Shown here in pieces: positions 1-8,676 of a DNA stretch of 40,634 bases (positions are counted from its first letter, which is position 1; the number at the start of each line of letters is the position of its first letter). This stretch comes from Nitrospinia bacterium (GTDB taxonomy: Bacteria > Nitrospinota > Nitrospinia > JACRGO01). The position numbers and the translations under genes were made by a program. The notes beneath the pieces were generated by a model. The model had not been told where the DNA came from. It did not search any database and was given only the letters and a program-made list of their open reading frames with translations. The DNA lies in NCBI GenBank assembly GCA_029261755.1, contig JAJDAS010000068.1, positions 1 to 40,634 of the forward strand, written 5' to 3'.

Positions 1-491
1 GTCGTTAGTGCGCCAAGCAAAGCTTGGCGCTTCTTTCGGGGTGCAAGTCCCCGTCGGGTAAGGCTTAGCCAGCCACCCGTATCGAGTGTTGCGTAGGTGA
101 AGGAGGCGAAAGCTGAACGACACCCACGAAGCGTACACAGAGAAGTGCATAGGCCACAGGGGAGTTCGTGCCTCCCTGAAGCTTGATACAGCCTCGTTAA
201 AGGGAAAATGCAGGCGGCCATGGTGTTAACGAGCCAGAAGCCAACACATAGGAATCGCTATTGGCGAGATTCCGGAGGGTCTGTCGGGGTCATTTAAGAG
301 CGTGGCATGTGCATAGAGAAGCGTCAAGAACTTGGGAGGCCCTATTGGTTCCTGCGGTAATTGAACCGTAGTATGACAGAAAGGATTTAAAACACGGAAG
401 GGGAAACCCGGAAACTAAGACAAGCCTGAGTTCTAACCCACGGAAGAGATTGCCAGCAGGTAAGCTTACCCAACCAAAAGAAGGATAGCTG

Positions 492-1934
492 ATGGTCAAT
501 AGGGAGTCAGATCACACCATAGTACTCGGAGACGGGAGAGCCGATCACATGGGGAAGGGTGTGACGGAACTGCGTAGCCCACAAAGGAAACATGGACCGG
601 ATATGGAAGGCCGGGCAAACATGCAAACCTCTCTGTGGGGAATAGCAAAGAGGGCGGAAAGCGATAAGAAATATCGGTTTGAGAATCTCTACAGTCTGCT
701 GAACGAGGCGAACCTAAAGACCAGTTTCTTTGAGTTGAAAAGGAACGCGGCCCCTGGGGTGGACCGGATCGATTTCAAAGAGTACCGGAAGAATCTGGAC
801 TCGAATATCCGTGACCTTGTAAAGCGTCTGAAAGAGAGGAAGTACCGAGCCAAGTTGGTTCGCAGGAAGTACATCCCCAAGTCACCGGGGAAATTTCGCC
901 CGCTGGGAATACCGGCCATTGAGGACAAATTGGTTCAGTTAGCGGTGGCTAAGATTCTGAACGCCATTTACGAAGAGGACTTCCTTAATTGCAGTTTTGG
1001 GTATCGACCCCAAATAGGGCCGCGAAACGCGGCTCAGGAGTTGACCTTTAATCTGCAATATGGAAGTTTCGGTTGGATAGTGGAGGCGGACATCAAAGGG
1101 TTCTTTGACAACATCAACCACGAGTGGTTGTTGAAGATGCTCAAGGAACGGATCAATGATCGTTCGCTTTTACGACTCATCAACAAATGGCTGAAAGCGG
1201 GAATCCTTGAAACGGACGGCAAGGTGGTTCACCCGGCAACGGGTACTCCACAGGGAGGAGTTGTATCTCCAATCCTGGCTAACATCTATCTGCATTATGC
1301 TCTGGACCTCTGGTTTGAAGAGAGGATTAAGGCTAACTGCAGAGGGATGGCCATGATCGTCCGTTATGCTGATGACTTTGTATGCGCGTTTCAATACAAG
1401 GAAGACGCCGATAAGTTTTATCGACAACTCGGCGAACGCCTTGGAAAGTTCAGTCTGGAAGTTGCACCTGAAAAGACGCGAATCCTTCGGTTTAGCCGGT
1501 TCAGTTTAGTCAACAACAAAGGGTTTGTATTTCTTGGATTTGAGTTTCGATGGAAACTTAATTACAAGGGCAAGCCGCAAGTAAAAAGGCGAACGGCCCC
1601 CAAGAAGCTCAGGGTGTCCATAAACAACTTCAAGGAGTGGATTAAAGAAAACCGGAACATGAAGATATCCCTGCTTTTCAAGACCCTTAAGTCTAAATAT
1701 CAAGGATATTGGAATTATTACGGAATCCGCGACAACTGTAAAAGCCAGGATAATTTCTTTTACTACACGACTCGGCTTTTGCTCAAATGGCTAAACAGGC
1801 GCAGTCAAAGGAAGAGCTATAATTGGAAAGGCTTAAGACAATTAATGGAGCATTTCTCAATTCCGAGCCCAAGGATAACGGAAAAACCTGCGGAACCACG
1901 GTTAAACTTCTTGTGGGCTAAAGCCAGCGCGTAA
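492..1934 (+). CDS. Group II intron-encoded reverse transcriptase/maturase
   Basis: 480-aa ORF with RT blocks 'RPLGIPAIEDKLVQ' and 'QGGVVSPILANIYL' and the catalytic YADD ('RYADDFVC'). A maturase (X) region 'YQGYWNYYG' follows. The C-terminus ends without HNH/En cysteine motifs. The N-terminal extension 'RESDHTIV' resembles those of other bacterial intron-encoded proteins; an alternative start is ATG 621. Confidence 0.9.
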   Translation: MVNRESDHTIVLGDGRADHMGKGVTELRSPQRKHGPDMEGRANMQTSLWGIAKRAESDKKYRFENLYSLLNEANLKTSFFELKRNAAPGVDRIDFKEYRKNLDSNIRDLVKRLKERKYRAKLVRRKYIPKSPGKFRPLGIPAIEDKLVQLAVAKILNAIYEEDFLNCSFGYRPQIGPRNAAQELTFNLQYGSFGWIVEADIKGFFDNINHEWLLKMLKERINDRSLLRLINKWLKAGILETDGKVVHPATGTPQGGVVSPILANIYLHYALDLWFEERIKANCRGMAMIVRYADDFVCAFQYKEDADKFYRQLGERLGKFSLEVAPEKTRILRFSRFSLVNNKGFVFLGFEFRWKLNYKGKPQVKRRTAPKKLRVSINNFKEWIKENRNMKISLLFKTLKSKYQGYWNYYGIRDNCKSQDNFFYYTTRLLLKWLNRRSQRKSYNWKGLRQLMEHFSIPSPRITEKPAEPRLNFLWAKASA

Positions 1935-1949
1935 GCGAGCAGTTTCGAG

Positions 1950-1982
1950 GAGCCCGGTGCGGTAATTCCGCACGCCGGGATC
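1950..1982 (+). ncRNA. Group II intron domain V hairpin
   Basis: gAGCccggtgcgg-taatt-ccgcac(gc)cgggatc. It has an AGC triad near the 5' end, a 6-bp upper helix gtgcgg/ccgcac, a 2-nt bulge on the 3' strand and is about 33 nt long, lying directly after the intron ORF stop. One G.A mismatch occurs where G.U is usual. Confidence 0.7.
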
Positions 1983-2044
1983 TGTGAGGGGGCAGCCGGG
2001 AGACTGACTGTTCTACCTTGATTGTTAAATTTAGGATTTAAAAA

Positions 2045-2785
2045 ATGAAAATATTAATTGCTGAAGATAACCAGCTTCTTCAAAATTTAAACAGGGAACT
2101 AATGAATCTCTGGGGTTATGATTTTGATCTGGCCTCGAATGGCCTGGAGGCCGTGGAACATGCACAAAAAAACGAAGGAAAATATGATCTCTGTTTAATG
2201 GATATTGATATGCCGGTAATGAACGGTTTGAAAGCAACAAAAATAATTCGACGAAAAATAAAATACTTTCCGATAATGGCTCTATCCGGAAGCACAGAAT
2301 ACAGGGAAAAATGTTTAATTATAGGGATGGACGAGTTCGTCGAAAAGCCCTGTTTTCCTGATATGCTTTACGATAAAATAAACGAATTAACGGTAAAAAC
2401 TTTCAAACTTGAATCTAAAGATGATGATATTTTTCTAACAAAGGAGACGCCAATGGATCAGCAACATGCTAAAGAGTTAAGGGAACTTGCTAAAGAAGGT
2501 CTAATCAAAATGAATATCAGAGGAATTGGGTCTCATGACATGGAGGTTGTCACGCACAAAAACGTACCCTATAAAATTTCTCAAGATTTTATAGGAAATG
2601 ATGATGAGATAACCATTTTTTTGGACCGTTCTAAAGATAAACCAGCGGAATGCCATTTATACAAATCAAGTAGCCCTATGCCTAATATATATCTTGAGGA
2701 AGAAGTATATGAGGAAAAACGGAGCAAAGAAGACGAGACGTTGAAAAATTGTACCGAAATAGCTAAGAAGAAAAAAGAGGCGTAG
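2045..2785 (+). CDS. Response regulator receiver protein with uncharacterised C-terminal half
   Basis: N-terminal REC: 'KILIAEDN', 'LCLMDIDMPVMNG', 'VEKP'. The roughly 120-aa C-terminal region is charged and has no motif I recognise. Confidence 0.8.
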   Translation: MKILIAEDNQLLQNLNRELMNLWGYDFDLASNGLEAVEHAQKNEGKYDLCLMDIDMPVMNGLKATKIIRRKIKYFPIMALSGSTEYREKCLIIGMDEFVEKPCFPDMLYDKINELTVKTFKLESKDDDIFLTKETPMDQQHAKELRELAKEGLIKMNIRGIGSHDMEVVTHKNVPYKISQDFIGNDDEITIFLDRSKDKPAECHLYKSSSPMPNIYLEEEVYEEKRSKEDETLKNCTEIAKKKKEA

Positions 2786-2817
2786 GTTTTAACGGGTAGT
2801 TTACAGGAAGAAAGCAC

Positions 2818-3306
2818 ATGAAAAAAAAAGTCTATATTGAAACCTCAATTGTTAGTTTTTTAACCGGAAGACCGTCTCGAAACCTTCTTTCCGCCGCATG
2901 GCAGACCTTGACTATTGAATGGTGGGAAAAACGAAGATTGTTGTTTGATCTTTATATTTCAGAACTGGTCCTTAAAGAGGCGGGTTGTGGTGATGAAGAA
3001 GCGGCAAAAAAACGATTAGAAAGTCTTGATGGCATTCCTCTTCTTGCGATGACCGATTCTGCAGTGGAGCTGTCGAAAACCTTAATAAGTCAGCACGCTA
3101 TACCTGGAAATGCCACCGATGACGCTTTGCATATCGCCTTGACCTCCGTCCACAATATTGATTATTTATTGACTTGGAATTGCCGTCACATTGACAATGC
3201 CGAAAGCAAGCCACTTATTCGGTCCGTTCTTGTCTCTAATGGGTACAATTGCCCTGAAATTTGTACACCACAAGAACTTTTAGGAGGTGAGTTGGATGAA
3301 GAATGA
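2818..3306 (+). CDS. PIN-like domain protein (putative VapC-like toxin)
   Basis: 162 aa. Acidic and polar residues are spaced as in a PIN fold: 'YIETSI', 'SELVLKEA', 'ATDDALHIA', 'LLTWNCRHI'. Paired with an overlapping small ORF downstream. Confidence 0.5.
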   Translation: MKKKVYIETSIVSFLTGRPSRNLLSAAWQTLTIEWWEKRRLLFDLYISELVLKEAGCGDEEAAKKRLESLDGIPLLAMTDSAVELSKTLISQHAIPGNATDDALHIALTSVHNIDYLLTWNCRHIDNAESKPLIRSVLVSNGYNCPEICTPQELLGGELDEE

Positions 3307-3466
3307 AATTATGGAAGAACTTTGGAAAATAAAAGATCAAATTGCCCATGAATGCGGGTATGACATTGATAAGTTAGCCAAAGAACTGCGTGCAAAAGAA
3401 AATAAGGAAAAAGCCCCTGTTGTTGATCTTACAGCCGAAGCCAAATCGGTAACGGTGAAGTCATAA
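3296..3466 (+). CDS. Small 56-aa ORF overlapping the PIN-like gene stop (putative antitoxin/partner)
   Basis: Not in the ORF track because it is under 60 aa. ATG at 3296 overlaps the upstream stop by 11 nt in another frame. Translation: MKNEIMEELWKIKDQIAHECGYDIDKLAKELRAKENKEKAPVVDLTAEAKSVTVKS, stop TAA 3464-3466. GGAGG at 3284-3288 serves as RBS. Confidence 0.5.
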   Translation: MKNEIMEELWKIKDQIAHECGYDIDKLAKELRAKENKEKAPVVDLTAEAKSVTVKS

Positions 3467-3687
3467 CCATGGCATCAACCAGACGCGAAATAGAGCGTTT
3501 TTTTTAGTTTCGGGTTAATCTGCATTCAAAACTTTTCTATAATGCCGTATCGGTATCGCGTTGGTTATGCCAGTCGTTAGCACTTTTTAAATTTAATAAG
3601 GAAAAGGAGGTTAAATATCAAAATCATATAATTCTAATTTCTTATTCTAATAAAATTTATTATATTTTTTTGGAAAGGAGGTTTTTA

Positions 3688-3873
3688 ATGAAAACGAAAT
3701 ATTTATTTTTTTCCTTATTCTTTTTAATTGCCTTTTATGGATGTGCTACAGGTGGCAAAGTTCATGGTGATGGGACAGCTACTGGCGGAAGTGTAAAAGT
3801 AGGTGATGTGGATGTCTCACCTTGTGTAAATTTACCAGGTTCTGCTTCATCAGGAGATTGCAAAAAAAAATAA
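3688..3873 (+). CDS. Small lipoprotein, Gly-rich (paralogue 1)
   Basis: RBS AAAGGAGG precedes ATG 3688; the track start at 3670 is a TTG extension. Signal peptide with lipobox-like 'FYGC'. The mature part is about 43 aa, 'ATGGKVHGDGTATGGSVKVGDVDVSPCVNLPGSASSGDCKKK'. Confidence 0.6.
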   Translation: MKTKYLFFSLFFLIAFYGCATGGKVHGDGTATGGSVKVGDVDVSPCVNLPGSASSGDCKKK

Positions 3874-3938
3874 AGGTTTTTTGATTTTGCCTTATTTCTA
3901 ATAATTTATTAAAATTTTTTATAGAAAGGAAGTTATAA

Positions 3939-4127
3939 ATGAAAACGAAATATTTATTATTTTCTTTTTTCTTTCTAATTGTAATTTATGGATGTGCGAC
4001 AGGTGGTAAGGTAGGTGGTGATGGTACAGCTACTGGTGGAACGGTGGAGGTTGGTGATATAGATGTATCTCCATGTGTCAATTTGACAGGTTCTACATCT
4101 ACTGGTGATTGCAAAAAGAAGAATTAA
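3939..4127 (+). CDS. Small lipoprotein, Gly-rich (paralogue 2, tandem duplicate)
   Basis: Near-identical signal peptide 'MKTKYLLFSFFFLIVIYGC', mature peptide and upstream leader compared with 3688-3873. Confidence 0.6.
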   Translation: MKTKYLLFSFFFLIVIYGCATGGKVGGDGTATGGTVEVGDIDVSPCVNLTGSTSTGDCKKKN

Positions 4128-4149
4128 TTAAATACTTAAAGGAGGGAAA

Positions 4150-4416
4150 ATGTTTAAAATACGTTTTTATTTTTTTATTTTGATATTAATGGTTTTATCT
4201 TCCTGTGCCATGGGGGGGACTGCTGAAACAGGGACTGGAGAAGGTGGCAAGATTAGTGTTCCTGTAACCGTTATAAAACAAGAAGGTCCAAAACTTGGAT
4301 GGACCTGTTATACCCAGGCTGGCGCCTGTCGAATGAATCAAGGTTGGCCCCTTAATGGTCCATGTACATGTGTTTTCCCTGGTTATGGTCAATTTCCTGG
4401 ACAAGTTGGTAACTAA
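4150..4416 (+). CDS. Small Cys-rich lipoprotein
   Basis: RBS AAAGGAGGG precedes the ATG. Signal peptide ends 'VLSSC'. The mature part carries five further Cys in 'WTCYTQAGACRMNQGWPLNGPCTCVFPGYG'. Confidence 0.55.
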   Translation: MFKIRFYFFILILMVLSSCAMGGTAETGTGEGGKISVPVTVIKQEGPKLGWTCYTQAGACRMNQGWPLNGPCTCVFPGYGQFPGQVGN

Positions 4417-4949
4417 TTGGATTTACAGGACAAACTAGGGATTTGGGTCGGACCAATCTAACGCATTGTTTTTAAAGAAAATTATTTAATTTTTGGGCAT
4501 TAAAACGGTCTTAATTGTAGGTTTTTACCCCAAAAAAGGACGAATTAAGGAAAGTCCGCAAGGAAAGGCTAAAACCTTAAAAAGGCTGCCTCAACCTTGC
4601 GGCTATAGTTCTTAACCTTTTGGAGGGTTTTCCTTCTTTCCAATCAAAAGATTTCGTCAGTGCATCGGAAGCTTGCTGGATGGAATCTTTTGAAAAAAAC
4701 AGAATTTGCTTTAAGCCATCCTTGCCCTCTTTCGAAAATTCCAATTGGTCAATAGGGGGCATTACCATTTCAGATTTATGATTTTAGATTTTTGATTTAA
4801 AAAGGAAAAATAATCAGAAATCGATATCTCTGCCAAAAAACAATTTTCTTGGCATATTCTGAAACCTCTTGATATTATATGTGTTCACGCCTTTAAAACT
4901 AAAAAAACGCTACCCAGCCGTGTTACGCAAAAAATAATGCTATATTTAT

Positions 4950-5264
4950 ATGAGTATAACACCTAATTTCATTCGTAAAGAAGTTGAAGAGCAAAGCTAT
5001 GAAATTTCACTTCATGCAGATGATGAACGCATTGCTGATGAATTAACTGTTGCTCAACTTGAATTCGGATTGCTGAATTGCGAAATCATTGAAGAATACC
5101 CTGATGATCCCCGGGGAGAAAGCTGTTTAGCTTTAGGTTTTCTACATGATAGAATACCTGTCCATATTATTTGCGGTAGAAATCCGATAGGGCGTTTGTT
5201 TCTTATTACAGTTTACATCCCAACCATGCCAAAATGGAAAGATCCATACACAAGGAATTTATAA
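4950..5264 (+). CDS. DUF4258-family protein (putative toxin)
   Basis: Pattern 'EIIEEYPDDPRGESCLALGF...IPVHIICG...LITVYIP...W' is typical of DUF4258 proteins, and the gene is followed by a YgiT-type zinc-finger gene. Confidence 0.7.
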   Translation: MSITPNFIRKEVEEQSYEISLHADDERIADELTVAQLEFGLLNCEIIEEYPDDPRGESCLALGFLHDRIPVHIICGRNPIGRLFLITVYIPTMPKWKDPYTRNL

Positions 5265-5280
5265 AGGAGGTTTTAAAAAA

Positions 5281-5520
5281 ATGGGAAAAGAATATAGTGA
5301 TTGTTACTATTGTGGAGGTTTTGTAGAAGAACGTCTTATCCCCCGTGAAGTTAGATGGAAGGGGCAGTTACTCATTTTTGAAAATGTGCCTATTGGCGTT
5401 TGCACCCAGTGTGGCGAAAAAGTAGTTAAGCCTAAAGTAGCAAAGGAAATTGATCATCTTCTAGAGGGAAATATTCAACCAACAAAAACTATCCAGGTTC
5501 CAGTTTACCAATATGCGTAA
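5281..5520 (+). CDS. YgiT/MqsA-type zinc-finger protein (putative antitoxin)
   Basis: 'CYYCGG...' and 'VPIGVCTQCGEKV' form the two CxxC pairs of the YgiT-type zinc finger. RBS AAGGAGG lies upstream. Confidence 0.7.
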   Translation: MGKEYSDCYYCGGFVEERLIPREVRWKGQLLIFENVPIGVCTQCGEKVVKPKVAKEIDHLLEGNIQPTKTIQVPVYQYA

Positions 5521-5640
5521 GTTTTGCAGCGCTCTGCGTTAAAATTGTTTTTTGTATTGCTCTTATAAAAACTTTGATAGAAAAACAAAGTTACGCAAGT
5601 TTGTAGTACAGATGACACAGAGTGTAAGCATTAAAAATAA

Positions 5641-6717
5641 ATGAACCCACCCAATGCTAAGTATGGAATTACGAGAAAGGTTTTTCTGGAAGGGGTAAAA
5701 GCGGTTGCTTTAGCAAATATACTCCCAGGCCTTTGTTATGCCACGGAACCGGAATTACAAATAGAAATAAAAAGCTTAGAACCATCCTTTCCCATAAGAG
5801 AAAAAGAAGCATACCTCGAAGAAGTTTCCATGTTGTATGGGGAAAAAGTAATGGAAATCATTCGCCCAACCTTAGCACAAACAGGCAAGATACCCTCCCA
5901 TAACGTCAAAGACATCCTCGCCAAAATAAATAGCGAAGTCCTGAAAATCAAAACCAACGACGACATCAGGAAAATCCAGGATTCCCTAGTTAACCGTGGA
6001 TTTTATCTTTTATTCACCTATGAAAATAAAATCGCCCTGGAAGAATCCCTGAAAAACAAATTAAATATTGGAGCTGTTCACGAGTTAAGCATCTACGAGA
6101 TAAAAGCAAAAGAAAAACACAATATATCCATTACCTTACCTGAGGGCTCAAACTACTCAAGCAACTTCTTGTATTTTACCTCTAAACCGAGAAACAGGGA
6201 TTCACTTTGTTGTGCCTGGAGTACAGAGAGTTTGAATATCCAATTTTCGGAAATTATAGAGGAGGGAAAGAAACTTCATGAGGGCGTACATACATTCATA
6301 CGCGAACACTATGGAATTGAACCGGGATTTGAGCCGTTAAGAGATTTCTCAATAAATTTGGATGGGTATAAAAACAGTTTTCCCATGGATCCTTATAATT
6401 ATCACGAAGCGTTGGCCTTAACGGCGGTTCTTATCAAGTCTCCGGACCTAAAGGAATCTTCTTATGGAAACCTTGCCTTTATCCTAAGCCTGGAAGAAAA
6501 CAACCCTGTCTATCATGGCTATGTCTCTAAAATGTACCAGGATATTTGGGACCATTATGTCAAAAAAATATATCCCGGGCTCCCAAAAGCATCCGCTTTA
6601 GCTAAACAAACCATCTTCGATCCCACACCAACCAACAGTCCTTTGAATAATTTGCTAATCAACATGGGGAAGAAAATCTTTACTCAATTGTCCTATCAAA
6701 AAAATAATTTTCACTGA
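5641..6717 (+). CDS. Hypothetical exported protein with HEXXH motif
   Basis: 358 aa. The N-terminal hydrophobic signal-like segment 'ITRKVFLEGVKAVALANILPGLCYA' is only weakly Tat-like (RK rather than RR). 'HEGVH' is encoded at 6277-6291. I recognise no other family signature. Confidence 0.5.
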   Translation: MNPPNAKYGITRKVFLEGVKAVALANILPGLCYATEPELQIEIKSLEPSFPIREKEAYLEEVSMLYGEKVMEIIRPTLAQTGKIPSHNVKDILAKINSEVLKIKTNDDIRKIQDSLVNRGFYLLFTYENKIALEESLKNKLNIGAVHELSIYEIKAKEKHNISITLPEGSNYSSNFLYFTSKPRNRDSLCCAWSTESLNIQFSEIIEEGKKLHEGVHTFIREHYGIEPGFEPLRDFSINLDGYKNSFPMDPYNYHEALALTAVLIKSPDLKESSYGNLAFILSLEENNPVYHGYVSKMYQDIWDHYVKKIYPGLPKASALAKQTIFDPTPTNSPLNNLLINMGKKIFTQLSYQKNNFH

Positions 6718-6739
6718 TCTGAAGTGTTGAAAATCATTC

Positions 6740-8497
6740 CTATCCTGTTCCACCTTGTTCTTTAACTGCTTCGTTATTTATGGGTAAGAAAAACACGAAG
6801 GTGGTTCCCGAACCAAGCTGACTTTCCGCCTTGATGGAACCTCCATGGGTTTCAATGATTTTTTTCACAATTGCCAAACCAAGTCCGGTACTTTTTTCTC
6901 CACCCGTGGGCTTTGCGCTTAACTTTTGGAATGTACCGAAAAGCTTGCCTTGGTCTTCTTGAGATAAACCAGGCCCTTCGTCCCTGACGCTGACTTTCAC
7001 CATGGAATGCTCTATCTCCATGGATAGGTAAACATTGGAACCCTTGGGAGAGAACTTTATGGCGTTACTTATGAGGTTATCCAGCACTTGAGAAATTTGG
7101 CTTTTATCAAGTGGGATATCCCGGATTTCAGGAAATGACAGGTGAAAAGCCATATTTTTTTTTCTGGCATGAACATCAAAAATGTGGACCCTCTCTCGGC
7201 CCAGCTCGTCAAGAGAACATGGTTCTATATTAAGCTTCAGTTGTCCGCTTTCAATGACGGAAATATCCAAAAGGTGATTTACCAAAGCCAGCATGTGGTC
7301 ACTTGAGGAATAGATAGTTTCTAAAAACTGTTTTTGCTCTTCGGGGGAAAAGTTCCCACCGTCTTCATACAATAGCTCGGAAAATCCGCGTATGTGGCCC
7401 AATGGGTTGCGAAGGTCGTGGGAGGCCATTCCAATAAATTGGTTCTTTAGTTCATTCAGCGCGCGTAAATTTTCATTGGCTTCGCTTAATTCAGTAGTAC
7501 GTTCCTTCACCATTTCCTCCAGCCGAATGTTCTCTTTTTTCGTCCTTTCCAGGTTGATCCGATAAATGGAATAGGTAATGGTTAGAGAGAATAGAATAGT
7601 TAGAAGGGTCGTGGCCACGGCGGTGAAAAAGAGCTTTTGAAGGTTGGCCACATACAAAGTGGCATCGATGAGCAGCATAAGATGGGAGCCTTCAGGGTCG
7701 TTGGGGTTGACGTGGCCGATGATCCGGTAAATATCCTTCCCCTTTTCAGCAGTGAAGCCTCGTTGAGAAATGGTGAACTCAACGCCCAACCTTTTCCCTC
7801 TTCTATCAAGGTTTGTGCTCACCTCCACTTTGCCCTCTCTGTTTAAAATAGCCACTTCCAGGATGCTTTCCGAAGACTTTAAAAAACTCTCCAGAAAGTC
7901 GGAGAAATCAACGGTTTCGAAGACAGACAGGCTGTTGAGGATGGAAGTGGATATTGCGTTTACGAGGTTATAAACATCGGTCCTCATCCGCAATAAAGCC
8001 GCAGATTTGCCTTCTTCCGAGCTATATTCGAATTCGGAAATATCCACAGCCAGATCTATTATGCCAATCAATTCTTTACCTCGTTTCACGGGATGAAAAA
8101 TGGCCAGGACATTAGTCATGTCCCGGATGTCTTGGTAAAAACGGCCAAGGTTTTTTGGGTCCAAAGGATCGAAATCAGGCCGTTGGAACTTTCCCCCAAT
8201 CTCTTTTGCAAACATGGAGTTGAGGATAACGCCATCTTTATTCATATACCGAAACTCAAAAATATCCAGTTCCAAAGAGATGCTTTTGAGCAGGTGCTGT
8301 ATTCCCAACGTATCTTTGATAGCGCTGAACTTGTTAATACTGGAGGAGACGGATTTGTGAACATTTTCGGTGTCAATGCTCAATTGATGGAGGAGAACCC
8401 GTTTTTGGGATATGTAGTTATAAAAAGCCAGTGAAGATAAACAGAGTATGAGGAAGAAGCAGAATATAAAAATATTGTGTTTTTTTATAAATTCCAT
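6740..8497 (-). CDS. Membrane sensor histidine kinase (shared extracytoplasmic sensor domain, paralogue 1)
   Basis: TM1 'IFIFCFFLILCLSSLAF', then an about 260-aa sensor domain, TM2 and a 'YRINLERTKKEN' linker. H-box 'ASHDLRNPL', N-box 'NLISNAIKFSP', G1 'DEGPGL', G2 'GLGLAIVKKI'. Confidence 0.9.
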   Translation of the reverse strand: MEFIKKHNIFIFCFFLILCLSSLAFYNYISQKRVLLHQLSIDTENVHKSVSSSINKFSAIKDTLGIQHLLKSISLELDIFEFRYMNKDGVILNSMFAKEIGGKFQRPDFDPLDPKNLGRFYQDIRDMTNVLAIFHPVKRGKELIGIIDLAVDISEFEYSSEEGKSAALLRMRTDVYNLVNAISTSILNSLSVFETVDFSDFLESFLKSSESILEVAILNREGKVEVSTNLDRRGKRLGVEFTISQRGFTAEKGKDIYRIIGHVNPNDPEGSHLMLLIDATLYVANLQKLFFTAVATTLLTILFSLTITYSIYRINLERTKKENIRLEEMVKERTTELSEANENLRALNELKNQFIGMASHDLRNPLGHIRGFSELLYEDGGNFSPEEQKQFLETIYSSSDHMLALVNHLLDISVIESGQLKLNIEPCSLDELGRERVHIFDVHARKKNMAFHLSFPEIRDIPLDKSQISQVLDNLISNAIKFSPKGSNVYLSMEIEHSMVKVSVRDEGPGLSQEDQGKLFGTFQKLSAKPTGGEKSTGLGLAIVKKIIETHGGSIKAESQLGSGTTFVFFLPINNEAVKEQGGTG

Positions 8498-8676
8498 AGG
8501 CTTTTCTCAAAAAAAGGCAGATTATAGCATAATTGAGCGAAAGTTATAATGGCAGAATCAACTTCAATTTTCACAAAAGAAAAATCAAAATAGTAGGAAA
8601 ATAGCTTAAAAAACAACATTCCGGAACTGCAATTTTATACCTTTCTATCTTTACCAGTTGTAACGTCATTTTTCGT

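Larger units (their letters stand above)
8..2016 (+). mobile_element. Group II intron (apparently complete) encoding an RT/maturase; no endonuclease domain
   Basis: GTGCG at 8-12 matches the canonical group II 5' end. About 480 nt of GC-rich, ORF-poor leader follows (domains I-III). The RT/maturase ORF sits where domain IV lies. A domain V-like hairpin lies at 1950-1982, and a short domain VI-like tail ends ...CTAC at 2016. The 3' boundary is uncertain by about 15 nt. Confidence 0.85.

Noticed and set aside
3471-3571. Inverted repeat ggcatcaaccagacgcga / tcgcgttggttatgcc enclosing about 67 nt downstream of the small partner ORF (possible structured RNA).
   Set aside because: It is a single imperfect stem with two bulges, there is no second copy, and I cannot test covariation. 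Noted but not called.
3573-3580. gtcgttag matches the 5' exon/intron junction sequence at 1-8 (possible second intron target site).
   Set aside because: An 8-mer match is expected by chance in 40 kb on two strands. No flanking similarity.
4577-4768. 63-aa minus-strand ORF between the lipoprotein genes and the DUF4258 gene.
   Set aside because: No RBS, no recognisable motif, and it lies in an AT-rich intergenic stretch. It cannot be supported as a gene from sequence alone.
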